Positions 38,384 to 51,205 of a stretch of 64,000 nucleotides of DNA are shown here, piece by piece; the first letter of the stretch is position 1; every line of letters begins with the position of its first letter. The DNA comes from Takakia lepidozioides. Its lineage: Eukaryota > Plantae > Bryophyta. The notes below the pieces were generated by a model. It had not been told where the DNA came from. It worked only from the letters and a program-made list of their open reading frames with translations, and did no database searches. Location of the stretch: contig CM060733.1 in the NCBI GenBank assembly GCA_030704615.1, positions 51,522,001-51,586,000 on the forward strand. Direction: 5' to 3'. The translations under genes were made by a program, and so were the position numbers.

Positions 38384-39589
38384 GGGCCGTCCCCTTTCAT
38401 GCTCATTATTCGATCAATTTCGGGACCGTGGGCAATACATGCAGTATGGTTGGGTGTTTTTAGTTGGGGAGGTGATTATCTTAAAGGGGATTGCGTGAGG
38501 TTGGCCCCTCATTCATTTAGCTATTGAGGCTAATTAAAAAATAAATTAAAGTGTGTTCGCATTACAGTGAATTCTAGCGTGAACATTTGATGGATATAGT
38601 GAATATATAATGTGAATGTAAAAATATGAATATTACATAATTACTGAAAATATAATAAGAATAGAGAGAAAGTGGGGTGTGTATGTTGATCGCCCAATAC
38701 AATAGAACTAGGAATCACTGAATTTGAGATAGTGCATGTACTTATTTCTACAACCTGCTCTGCTTTTGACGAAATACAAATTGACCAACATCACTGATGT
38801 CTTCCGCTGATCTCTTCTATCCAATCCCAGTTGCGTGCGAAACCGCCGATGAGTTCACACCCATCCGGTCTGTGCCAGCAGACTCTATGACAACAGACAC
38901 CTACGCACCTAGAGTGGACTGCAGGAGGGGACTGTACTACTGGACTCAGGAAGCAAGACGAGCACCCTATATTTTTCCATTTTAAAATATCATTAATACA
39001 TTTTGTTAATGAACTTGATATATCTAAGTAATATGATTAATATTTAGTATGGACTTGATACATGAGTAATATTTGTATATCTTGTTTTTGTATCATTGAA
39101 CGAGTTTTGTTTTATTTTCAAATGATTTTTAACTTAGTTAGGCCTCGGCCGCATCAGGCTTAGCAGGTCCGCTTTCCTAACTGTCGCTCCAGCTGATTAT
39201 GGGGATACATTATGTTCTGATATATAATAGCATATATATATATTCATTAAATATGTTTATTAAATATTGACGTTAAATGTATCACTAATAGATAGAAAAA
39301 GTAACACATATAATGCAGTCAGGAAGCTATGTCTTCCTGCTCCATGGCACTCGTGGTAGAGGTTATTTTTTCCTCTTGTACTTCTCGAACCTGGGGTTCT
39401 TCCTTTTAACTTAAGTAAAATTTCCAGGGCCTCAGTCCCTGTCCTGTACAAATAATAATAATAATAATAATAATGCACATTTTGAGAGCAATGTCGTGTA
39501 ATTTACATGAGTCATAAACTTATGTGTGGTATGAACTATGAACATAGTTAACATCCCCCTAAATTTAGGCCATATAGTTTTTATCAATA

Positions 39590-40332
39590 CCATCCCTGGA
39601 CAACCGTTTAGGCATTTTTGCGCTTATTAATTATTTCAATCAATCAGACTGCTTAGGCACGTTTCTGAAACCATTTCTCACATTAGGCATCTTCATGCTA
39701 TAAGTTTTTGGAATTAGGCACATGAGAAGAGAAAACATTTATTATACGGACATGATTGACTCTCGGTGGGAACAATGTGGGATTTTACGGGCTTTTGAGC
39801 ACACTTTCCGAGGATAAGCTATGTGAGCAAATTTTGTAACCAATTTGTTTGCAGTGAGTGATGATTTGGTGGACGGGAATGCTCATGTCACTCAGGATAT
39901 CCCTGATATCTACCTATGTGTAGATGTCTTGCAAATCTACACAAAATGAGGATATCCCTGATCTCAATGCGGTGGACGAGGTAGATGGAAAGATCTTGAT
40001 GATTAGCGAGGAGGATGAATATGATGACATTGTCGAGTCCATGTAGGGGCCTTTTGAAGTTACATGAAGTTCCATGATGGAGCTCTCACAAATAGATTGT
40101 GAATTGTAGGAAGTTATTTCCGCACGCGTACATTTGTATTGATTTTTGTTCAATGAAATTTTCATCTTATTACAAACAAGAGGCTTGCAAGCTTTTTGCT
40201 AGAATTTTTAGGCATTAGGCACTTTGGTCCCATAGTTTCGGAACAATTAGGCCAAAATCTGAAAAATTCCCAAAATCGGTTAGGCACTTTCATTTTGAAT
40301 TAATTATCGCCTAAACGGTTGTCCAGGGACGG
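39590..40332. mobile_element. Non-autonomous TIR element (Tc1/mariner-like MITE)
   Basis: TIRs ccatccctggacaaccgtttaggc (39590-39613) and gcctaaacggttgtccagggacgg (40309-40332) with 1 mismatch; TA on both sides; repeated internal TTAGGCA motifs. Confidence 0.8.
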
Positions 40333-41720
40333 TATGTTGAAACATAAACATAAAATGTAAGCCTATCAGTAGCCCACTTAAAGGACACAGAAAACCCATT
40401 TTCCAACATTAAATTGCCTCTCATTCAAAGATATTAGCGTCTTCAATGCCTGCGCATGTGGCTACGCCGGGGCTGCGTGTGATGTGGAGGAGGGAGCTCC
40501 CCTACCCGGACCGACCGAGTCTGCTGGGGCCCACAAAACACATGAAATATCCACATAAAACATTTGTTTTATCAAGGCTTTGTAGAAAATGGCGAGTAAT
40601 GTGGTGGTTAAGAGCCGCAAATAATAAGTCCGGGGTTTGGTGTTCATATCATGTCAAGTTGTACTCCGGCAATAATGTGTGTTATTAAATATATATTTTG
40701 ACAAAGAAAGGTCCGCACGTACGCTCGAAAGTTGAAATCAGTCCGCTCGAAGGTGTGCCCAGTCCGCTGGTGGGTCTGGAGGGGTCCACCAATCCGCTGG
40801 TCGGTCTGTTAGAGGGTCTGCCCAATCCACTGGAAAGTCCGCCATAGTAGAAAAACAAGGACTTGGAAAAATTTGAGAATGGGGCCAACCCAGTGAATTG
40901 GCGGGGCCTTATGAGCTCTCACCCCCATGCCATGGGCGTACTGGCAGGCCCCCAGACACATTGAAGACGCTAATATTAAAAAATGAGAGGCCATTAAATT
41001 TGTCATACACATTGTTTATGTATGAAAAATCAGCATGCATGTTCACACTAGTCCACTTAATTTATACTACTAAACCCATCTTCATTACATTGTGTGTATA
41101 GTGAGATATATGAGGATGTACTTTCCAATTTTCTTAAGATCTATGAAATATCAACATGTAACGGAACGCCAGCCCATCACCCATTTTTGCACAATTTTCC
41201 ATTCGTGTATGGCTCAATACATGAAAATGTGCCATAACTTTGGGTTAATATATATGAAATATCAGCATCTAATGTTATAATAACCCACTAACATGACACT
41301 CCTAAACCCGCTTTTCACATATTTTTTCATATGTTTATAGCTCAACCCCTGAAGGACAACAGACTCAAATCAGTTCTCGTCAAATTTTCGCCACCATCCA
41401 GCTTATGCAAGTGAACCCTGAAGTTAAATTTTACTCATTAGGGAGGAGCACATGTGGGAATTTACAGCGCCCTAAAATAATAAAAGCTCTACTCTCTAGA
41501 ATTTTGCAAAAGCCAAGGGGCTAGGAAATCCAGAACCAGGAAAATGCCATATCCCACTAAACAAACATAGGAGGATATAGACTATACAGTTTAGCTAAAT
41601 GGTAGAGAACATACATCCACCAAAAGCAGAGACAAAGAGATGAATCCAAGTGTCCTGCTCAAGAAGAGTAAATTGTATCTGACCGTACGGACACCATGAG
41701 CACCTCTATGTTCCCAGAGT

Positions 41721-41809
41721 TTGTCTCAGATATAGAATTCTATTGCGTTTGGTCATATCAGCACGGATAACTAAGTATGGTGCATGACATCTTACTTTCA
41801 TCATTGCAA
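41721..41809 (-). ncRNA. Putative box C/D snoRNA
   Basis: C box ATGATGA, D' CTGA and D CTGA. The guides GTTATCCG and TAGAATT partly complement the 18S stretch CGGATAACCGTAGTAATTCTA. Confidence 0.45.
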
Positions 41810-42062
41810 CCTCTTTCCCTGTCAAACCAGAATGATCAAATGTCCCTCCACCCTTAACAGCCACAAGAGACATAAAAAATCTCAAGCTGATCTCAAACAC
41901 ATTTAGCCTTAAATACTACTATCACTACTATTACTATACACCTACAGAATTGATGACATTGATGGCAGAGAAAAAGACCCAAGGGAAAAAATAGAAAGAG
42001 ACGAAACTCAAGGAATACTACAGAAGGAAAATGTCAATAGGACTGGACAAATAAGAAACAAC

Positions 42063-42158
42063 AACTCAAATATAGTAGTATTGGAATGGAGGTTTCTCTT
42101 CAACGCCCACCATAAGAGGGCTCAAAGCGAGATGGGATTATCCGAGTAATCATTGCAG
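42063..42158 (-). ncRNA. Putative degenerate box C/D snoRNA
   Basis: ATGATTA...TTGA...TTGAAGA...TTGA boxes; imperfect complements to 5.8S AGCGAAATGCGAT and 18S ATTGGAATG. Confidence 0.3.
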
Positions 42159-42223
42159 CATGTCACTATACTTTTAAACTAAACACCATTACAAATTACA
42201 AATGCAAGACCGTATAAGGATGA

Positions 42224-42304
42224 TTGCTCAGTTAGCCGCAACAGGATTGAAGTCTCATAGGCCCCACCTGATGAGGAGGGGCACTTTACTTATCATCCTT
42301 GCAA
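42224..42304 (-). ncRNA. Putative box C/D snoRNA (no obvious rRNA target)
   Basis: TTGC/GCAA terminal stem, GATGATA C box, CTGA D box and an internal GCCCC/GGGGC hairpin. Confidence 0.45.
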
Positions 42305-42318
42305 CTACTCATGACAGA

Positions 42319-42401
42319 GATCACTCAGTACTCAGTATTATCCCACAGCAGGCCAACGCCTTTCGGTGGATTGACAGTTAAAAGTGCTCATCACCATGAT
42401 C
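42319..42401 (-). ncRNA. Box C/D snoRNA guiding 18S 2'-O-methylation (snoR14-like site)
   Basis: GATCA/TGATC terminal stem; C box GTGATGA; D' CCGA preceded by CTGTCAATCC, a 10-nt perfect complement of 18S GGATTGACAG; D box CTGA. Confidence 0.72.
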
Positions 42402-42639
42402 CACTGCCCCTAGACTGGCAAGGAAACCAAATAGAACAAAATATAGTGAAATTTCTCTAGTTCCTAGCGTCGAAGTACCCCAAGATTGCGATAACCTACC
42501 TGGACACATACACAATCTTGACCCCAAACCAGATCATTCATTCTTCCAGATCTACAGATTCCAGAAGTCCAAACCTGTAGATGTGAGATGAAGCTCCACC
42601 TGAATAAATTGACAAAGATCCAGGTTGTTCAGCAAAACC

Positions 42640-42785
42640 TATGTTGTTCTAGGCGATTTTCAGCGCTCATATGTGCCACCAAGTTCAAGCACATGAGTGA
42701 CTCTAGTCCATCGCCATCATGTCTACTCAACCCCGTCAAGAAAACGGTGCGGGAAGCACTCCTAACAAATGGAAAAGACGCTGCA
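42640..42785 (-). ncRNA. Putative box H/ACA snoRNA
   Basis: H box ACATGA. The 3' hairpin has a GGCGAT/ATCGCC lower stem and a CTCATGTGC upper stem, and its pocket strand GGACTAGAGTC is complementary to 25S GACTCTAGTCC. Confidence 0.45.
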
Positions 42786-42974
42786 TATTATTCGGTCGAT
42801 TACCAATACCTAAATTAAAACGGATCCACAGCAGTACCACAGGACTGGTCACATATAGACACCAAATACGGGACAGGGAAATCTCCCCTGCACTACATGC
42901 CGGGAAGCGAATAAGAGGGATAGGTGCAATTACGATTGTATTAGTTAAGCCATACGATCAGATCGGGATGAAAC

Positions 42975-43058
42975 AGAACCGCTCAGACCCTAGATGTTCT
43001 GTATGTTTAAGATAGTTTCAGTCAAAAGACTGATTATCAAGTCTCATCACTGCAGTCT
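42975..43058 (-). ncRNA. Box C/D snoRNA (snoR19/U61-like 18S target region)
   Basis: ACTGC/GCGGT stem; C box GTGATGA; D' CTGA; D CTGA preceded by CAGAACATCTA, an 11-nt complement of 18S TAGATGTTCTG. Confidence 0.7.
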
Positions 43059-44237
43059 GTGCAACTAAAATGCCAGAAATCCCCAACTGCACCACTCAAT
43101 ACCACACCTCAAAACCAGCCCAACATACCCTCCCAGATACACATGCACTAAAGAACCAACTAGACCATACTTGACAGCTTACGTTGAACAGATCCACTAC
43201 CTTGCGACACAGGCTAGCCGCAGTGCCAAAGACAACACCCCAACACAAGGTAGCCCGTCCACACCTCAGTCACAGTAACGAGTCGAACAGGAGAAGAGCA
43301 CTGAAACTGTTTGCTGCTCTTTCGTACTACTCGCAAGCAAACATTTCGACATGCGACAATTCACACACATCCATAAGATACCCCTACTCTGCAAAAATGA
43401 CTAGAAGTTTTACATCCATGAGACCATAGGATGGCCACCTACATTTCAATACTCATTGCTAGCATACAGACATGTGTACTTCCAACACTTCATAGTGCTT
43501 CACTAATACGAAAGACAGTTTGGTAGTTGCAGGCATCATTTGACTATCTGCACAAAACTCTCCTATATGGTAACTAAAATACCATGACGAAGAAGAATAC
43601 CATGCACACTGGCAGGCGCTGGAATGCTACTTCCATTACTAGGCCAGCCGACCCGTTTATGGAGTCTGTATGGCCTCATCCTGAAGATCCAGTCTTGTGA
43701 AGATATACAGCCAGTATTTCTGTGATCCAAACAAACTCATGGTCAGAAGGTAGCTGCAACAGCTATACGGCTTGAACACTTAAACTTCTCACGTGGAGTC
43801 AAATTTACGATCAGCACGGGTGTAAACAAAGCACTATTTATCCTGGGTGCCTATATACCTCCACCAGAGGGACAACAAATAGAGAGAGAGCAGCAAACAG
43901 GCACAACTAAAAAGTACTAGCCTTGATGTAGGTACCTGCAAATGCAAAGCAAGGCAGGAGCTATTCAGGCCACAATGAAAGGCTTGCTCCACCACCATCT
44001 GCTATCTATCTTAGTCTCCTCTTGGACCACATTGCCATATGGCAGCAGCCTTTCCTTCCTTCATCTTGGCATGCCACTCAAACCTACCACAACCAAAGCC
44101 CCAGTCCTCCTTTAGACTTGCTGCATCAGGCCTACAAATTGGTAATAACTGAAATAAAAGCCAGATGTGACAGCATGTACCGGTTGAGAACGGCATGCTG
44201 ATGGTCAGATCAGGAGAAATGTGGTCAACGACGATCT

Positions 44238-47183
44238 TCAAGAAGCACCTGTATAGGTGTAGAAGGCTTGGATGCCCAGAACCAGCTCCACTGCCTTCCC
44301 TGTACCCGCACAGAATGACCAACTTTAGCAGGTCTGTCCACCACCCCTTTGCTGAGTCTATCTACGAACACCAGCCAATCAGAAAGCATTACCTGCAAGG
44401 GTGCCAAACAATGGAACAGGCTTCAACATGTGTTCCGCCTTCTCCAGTGGTCGCCTACAAGTTCCAGGATCCCACAAGTTAAGATGATGAACAACACAGG
44501 GGTCAGTTTATACTCAAAACGCAAGAGATATAGCGAAAACACATACTTTGTGTAGTTATTGAAGAACGGACTCCTCATGACGTAGAGAGCCCACAGCAAT
44601 TGCCTTCTCCGTAGCTGTCACCATAACCCAACATTGAACAGAATAAAGGGAAAGTTAACCTACATCCCACAAATAATCACTTCCAATGACATGACTGCAG
44701 AGCGAGACTCACTTGCAGGAAGGCATTTGACACATACAAATGGTCATTGTGGATAACCCACCATGCCAATCTCTGGCCCACAACACTTTCTTGACCAAGA
44801 GTATAAAGTGAGTCCGCTAAGGAAGTCATTAGATCTCTTTTCTCAGTTTGATCTTAAGGACATCAGCTTCCCAGATCCCACGAATGGTGGAATCCACAGA
44901 TATGCAAGTGACTAGTTGCAACCCTATGAATTCATATTGCAGAACCTTACTGCTCATCCCCAAATTTCAACCTCTAGCTGCTGTAGCAGCACCGATATTG
45001 TCTTATCAAGACTTTCTGGAAGGCAATCACCTCATTCTTTTCCAGCCTTGACAAGGGAGCTCTTTGCCTCAATTGTGTTTCTGTCGTGTGGCCGGGAAGC
45101 AAGGGTACACTGTACAGCAGGGTCATGGCAGCCACATCAATAGCCAATGATGACACCCAGGGCCGCCAAGATCGCAGCCCATAGCGCCGAATCAGCAACA
45201 CATACAGCAGAGGCCTCACAATCAGCAGCAATTCCCCGAGCACTGACACCTTCCTTATGTCCTCCCATGAGTTAATCCTGGTTTGAGCTGCCACATCAAT
45301 CGGGAATAGGTTTCAAACTACTCTATAAATCATTTCTAAGACAATGAAATTCATGATTTGAAAACAGATAAATCAAACATCGAAGTTCTCTGACAGAAAC
45401 TATCCAACAGTCTTCCCAGGTTACATAGTAAGATGCAGTGGAATCAATTTCATGCTATGCAAGTCTCTACATCATGCTCTCTTCATCAACGGACAAGACT
45501 TACAAGAGTTTTCCCTGGGAGCCTGTGTGAATGGTGAGACAGACTTGGCAACCAGCCAAGAAGGCCTGGTGCTACCTCCAAAGTTACCCCGGTACTTAAG
45601 CATAGCCTCCATTGCTCTACTCTCGCCATCAAGCCTAATAGTAGAGCCTGCAGCTGCTGGTCGGCTGGCTCCTGCCACTAGATCGGGATTGGAGGGCCTA
45701 TCTGGGCCCTCAACATTGGGGGTCTCACCTCCATCAATCAACATCTTGTAACCACTCTTGTGCAACACCAGCAATCGCATAAGCACCCTGGATGATATGG
45801 AACAGTCCACGGCCAAGTTCAGCACTACACACAATCCCAACTACACAGTTTTATGACAAGAGCCACAGCTGGTCATCTGTTGTAAAGAATATGGATAAAG
45901 GAGGCAGGAGAGTACTTGGCAGCCTCAATAGTAGCCACAGGGGCCCACTTGTGATCTTTCCCACAATAGTATTCAGCACCCATTTCCACCAGCACCTCCA
46001 TTTCTTTCACAACAGACACTAAGAGAGGCCAAGGAAAGCATCTTTCACGCTCCGATACTGCTTGCATATCCCCAGGGGTGCGGCATGGAGCAGTTGCAAT
46101 GATATGCTCATTCATGACAGTCACCAGACCCACCAACGTTGACACTGCAACAACAACCGCCCCACCCAATGGAGACGCCAGTTCATAAGAGAGACCCAAT
46201 TATTCAAACCCAAACAAGCACCCAACCACCACTGGTGGAACAAATGATCATTTGGTCCATCCAAAGCTTTAAGCCCTTCCCTGTCTATTTTGCTAGAGTC
46301 TCAGTACCCCTCCAGCTCCTTGCCTTTAGTTACTGCCGATCTGAACTCATCTGTCACATCTGACGCATCTTCCTTCTATAGCTTTTGACTCCTCCCATGT
46401 TGATGTCAGGTGTTCAGCTTATTCATTTTGTTCTGAGCAAGTATTTATAGTAATCGTCAAGTGTGGGAATCGGGAATCCATGGTGGCTACCAGCTGCCCA
46501 AACTTTCTGGAGCCCTGGAAGGCTCAGAGGACATTTCTGAAGCTCTGCGTTGTTCGACTCTTCCAATCAAAATCAGTAAACAAACGTGCACACATGTGCC
46601 TACCACAGGGCATCAATTACTATCTCCAAGAATGCCCTACACAGATATCGTCTATCGGCAGCAAGATGCAAAAAGCAAGCCAGCAAACACAAACAAACAA
46701 ACATATGAAGTAGGTCAGGTAGGGACCAATCTCATGCTAGACGTACCAGCTTCTGGGGCAAGCTCCGACTTAGCAAAGCGTTCTGGCAGAAACCATGTCA
46801 ATGTCTGCATTTTCCACCACCAAAACAGACGGTTAATATGATCCATGTGCCAATCCAAGTGCCCCATCTGCAAGGGAGGAGCCCAACCATCCAAGCATGC
46901 TTCACCACTCTAGCCATGGTTCCACAAGGGAAAGGGACAAAAAGTAGGATAGCAACTGAGCAGGAACACAGCGACCTCTGTAACCAACCATAACTAATCG
47001 AAAAGGAAGAAAGCAAAGACAACAGGAGAGTTGCAGAGTCCCGATCTACAGGGGATTCCAAGCGAATCAAAAAAGTTTAGAGGCACGGACACAGTAGAAG
47101 GACGGGCGTCTTACATTGGCAATGCTTTCAATTGACGAGAGCCATTGGCGATTGCGGCGAACCCATACTTTGTAAGCTTCCAT
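44238..47183 (-). CDS. PEX16: Peroxisome biogenesis protein 16 (SSE1-like), multi-exon
   Basis: MEAYKVWVRRNR, LTWFLPERF, VTVMNEHII, EVLVEMGAE, GYKMLIDGGET, GELLLIVRPLLYVLLIRRYGLRSWRPW, LRRRQLLWALYVMRSPFF and GKAVELVLGIQAFYTYTGAS* (stop at 44238). Confidence 0.92.
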
Positions 47184-48839
47184 TCTGGGCCCCTCCCTCC
47201 TGCCGCCTGGGAAGAACCTTAGGGAGACAACCCAGAAGGGAGCACAGAGAACAGCACCCGGATCTAATGCAAAGGAACAACTGACACAGCGAAGGACGAA
47301 GCGATTGTTGGAGCAGCAGTCTGGTCAGCATTTTGGACGGTCTCTCAAACAATCCATCACTTCACCCATGGACGGCGACGGAGGCTCGTCTGACCCTCGT
47401 GAACGGAGACGTCTCTCAACATTCGTCATCGTTCACGAGAACGTGCCATGATCCATGCCAAAACAAGAGAGTGGGATTATGAAATTGTTATGATTCCTTT
47501 TCTGCATGGAGGCGGCGATGGCGAGGAAGGAAGCTCTCCTAAAAATGGGCAGAAGACATGGAGGCCAATACCCCCAAGACGGTCGAGCTCCAAGAGCAGC
47601 GGCTGGTGGTCCTCAATCTGACTCTTAAGTCCCACTCTAATTTCAAAGTTTTAATAGTCCAGCACCTTTCCTTCACCAGCTTAAGCCCACCGATTGTGGA
47701 TCTGATTGTTGGACACAGCAGATTGATGCTTGTGAGAAGGGCTAGGAAATCTGGAAGCCCCAAGGAAAGGTTTATATCAAGGTAACTGCTTTAGCAAACA
47801 ACTTGTTATGAGTACATTCTCTTAGACATCCTGTTCTTACATCAAATGGATACAGATAGGAAGGAACTGGATTTTGTACCACAAGAAAAGTGGAGACAGA
47901 GAATCATTTTTCCTTCTCATGCCTTGCCAAATCTGAGATCCAGGGTGGTGGTGTGAAACCCCACAATCAGCTGGAGGATGTCTAGTATCCCAAGGGATTG
48001 TGCAAATAAGGCTACATGAGACTGTTGGTTTACTGGGATGGACAGTGTTAACATTTTTGCTATGCATGCCACTTGCCTCAGTACAGAATGGCAGTTGACC
48101 TCAGCCACCTGTGACATTGGTGTCAAGGTAGTGAGGCTATAATTTATAGATTATATGAATCTACATCACACTATCTAGAATGGCATCAAGTTCAACCATG
48201 AAATAAACAGTCAAGTCCCTGTTAATGGATTGTCATGCTGTGTGTGAACATCACTCACAGGCCACATTCCATAGATACAACCTCTCCCTTATTCCCTAAT
48301 TGCACCACCTCCCAACAGGGCTAAACTAACATGGTTTAAGAGGCAGAAGCCACGGTACACTTGCACCTGGTCTGGATCAGTACACTGGAGGGAACAGGAG
48401 CACAAGTCCTAGGACTAATACGCCCGAAAGCATGAGAAACTAAGACAGCCAACAAGCAAGTGCCCCAGGACAGCTTGCTAGAAAAATCACCCTAGCTCTG
48501 TTTGCAGTGGCAAATAATTGAACCAACTGCATGATCTGCTCATTCTGCATTCCAAGGCAGCATCCGGCCGGCCACAAATGGGAGTATCAATGCTCTAAGA
48601 TTGTTTGAAAGAGTATCGAAGTGCTAGCATTCATGTCAAAGATTGAGGATGGCGACTTCTGTCGTGGCACCCTATAGCTGTTGAGCCTGAGGCAGCTACT
48701 GCCAAGGTGGAGCCCCAATAAGAGCCCCAGGACTGTCAGAAAACTCCAGGAAAGGGGAAGGTGGCAATAATGGATGGCCAGTGTTGGAAACTTTGAGTGT
48801 ATGAGGATAGAACAATCTCTAGGTGCAAAATGTTGTAAT

Positions 48840-50459
48840 TCAGATTGTTGCGCCCTGCCTCAGCAAGAGAGTTTCTTCAATACTCTTGGGGTTCACCTTG
48901 GCATGGGCCTCAGCTAGGCTAGCATAGTTGTCAGCTGACTTGCCAATGAACACAATCTCCTCAGGTGACAAGGGGCGCAACATCTTGGCTGGGTTCCCTG
49001 CCCACAACTGGCATTGAAGCCCCCATTCCAAAGAGAGTCAGAAGCCATAGACATGAAACCTCTCTCTTTTGCTCTCTCCCCACATTGGGTCTATGGCCAC
49101 TAGGCTACGGCAAACAACATCTTATGAGTGTGTTTTCTCTCCCCACAGTATGTTACACAGCTGTGCCGTCAATACCATCTGTTAGCTCAGTCACCAGAAC
49201 ACTAAGGCATCCTGCTAAATTGGCTTGGCCCAAGTATAAAAGCAGATGCAACATATCCAGTGGCAAAGGAAGAACATGCGCAAGAACTTCTGAGTCTGCC
49301 AGTCTTTCGGATGTAGAGCGGCATGTACCTGGCCAGTTGGAATGCGTGTGTTTTCCAAGACCACAGCACCTGCAGCAACCAGCGCACCTTTCTCCACAAC
49401 CACCCCATTCTGAAGAGTGGCCCCAATGCCAACAAATGCTTCGTTCTCCACTGTGCATGAATGCAGAACTGCGCTATGCCCTGCTCACATCCACCATAGA
49501 TGTTGAGAATGCTTGAGGTTCTCATCAATTGTCACCACCATCTCACAGAAGCCAAAGGCACTACATAGTTTAGGGTGAATCCTCAATTTTTTGGATTGTA
49601 AACATTGGGATTGGCCCCTTTATGCGAGGGTAGTTAACGTTGTACCAATTGTAACTTTGTTGCCTATGAAAGTGGAGGCAGGCTTGCCATCCAAGTTGAT
49701 ATTGCCTGTATGCACCAACGTGTGGTCTTGAATGTTGGTCTCATCACCCACGCTTATGCTCTTTGCATCCCCTGCCATAAATCCATGCAACAACGTCCCA
49801 CTGGTTGTCAACTTTCACAGCAGATGCCCAACCCGCTTTAAGGTATCAACCAGCTCTAGAACATCTTACTGTCACCGAAACATTACAAAAGCATATAGTG
49901 GAAGCCCATACCAAGTTGGCCAAGGTTTGAGGGTTTGCTCACCTCGAAGCACGCACCCATACCAAATAGAGGATCTCTTCCCAACTTTCACATCTCCGAT
50001 GATAGACGCACTTGGGGCGACAAAAGCATCTCTATGAACATCAGGTACCTTGTCCAATATGTTCATCAACGTTCGATGCCTCGAAACTGCCCAAGAAAAA
50101 AATCGCATTACTTCCCCGCAGTCTAATCCATCATCTACCTGCTATTTACCACATGTGCAACAACGACTCACAACAGCTTTCTGTCTGATTCCCTCATGAC
50201 ATGTACGTTACCACAGCTGCTTTTGCGAACAAACTGCTAACAAGACAGAAAGTATCTCAGGTGGATTGGAGCTGAGGTAGACAAAATGCGCGGCCATTGA
50301 GGAACGAAACGGACATAGAAGCGACGTGGGCAGCGCATACGTACGTGGTGCTTTGAAGAGGTTCGAGCCCTGCATACGGCATCCCATGCGATCAAGGGCC
50401 TGCCCGGTCTCCCGCACCCAGAATCCCACAGTATAGAGAGCTCGAGCCAACGTTCCCAT
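48840..50459 (-). CDS. Mitochondrial gamma carbonic anhydrase (complex I CA domain subunit)
   Basis: MGTLARALYTVGFWVRETGQALDRMGCR, SRHRTLMN, AFVAPSASIIGDV, SIWYGCVLRGD, TNIQD and WAGNPAKMLR. Confidence 0.92.
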
Positions 50460-51205
50460 CTTCCTCGCTCCGATCTCCACTTCCTGTGCACGGATTATTC
50501 CGACGATTTTTCAGCACTCCCTTACTTGAACAACTTTCTCCACAGCCATCAAAACAACCACAGTTTCCCCTTCTCGAATATCTCCAGCACCTCTGCAAAA
50601 GCCAGTCTCCTCCTTTCTATCGATCCTCTCTTCAACGCTCTTGAACTCTTGAACTCTTCTTCGAGATCCTCGTGCCCGCTTCAGAAGGAGAGAGACGACA
50701 GCCGACGAGAATGGATGAATATTTGGATGAGGATTCGTGAAACATACACATGTGGATGATTGGGTAGATGAGTCTAACCCTGGTTTCATTTATACTCCTC
50801 TCCTCAGTTAGCGAAAGGATGGCCCTCAACATCCATCTATTTCGCCAGACTTCATCTACAGCCTGTGCGTTCAATTCATCCAGCATCCTGTTTAGGGTTA
50901 AATAAGCAGTGTCCACGTCAGACTATTTGGGGTTGTATCCGGCATGTGGGATGCCGGTTGGGTTCAAGTGTCATCACCCGTGGAATAGTATATATCGAAT
51001 TTGCTGCAGTCTTTGGGTTTATTCAAAGACATGGTGTGAGCGTCCGGCGGTCCAGACTATATACTCGCAAACCCCTCCTGAACTGTGCAAACAATATGGG
51101 ATAATTCAGGTCGAAGGTACGCCATTTTACGAGGGCCTGTAGTACTCGTTTGGCTCGTCTCTCTCATCTTGAGCTCTGGAAAGGGAGGGTTCGGAGAGAG
51201 AGAGG

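Noticed and set aside
47396-47439. 10-bp inverted repeat upstream of PEX16
   Set aside because: A single short stem with no supporting context.
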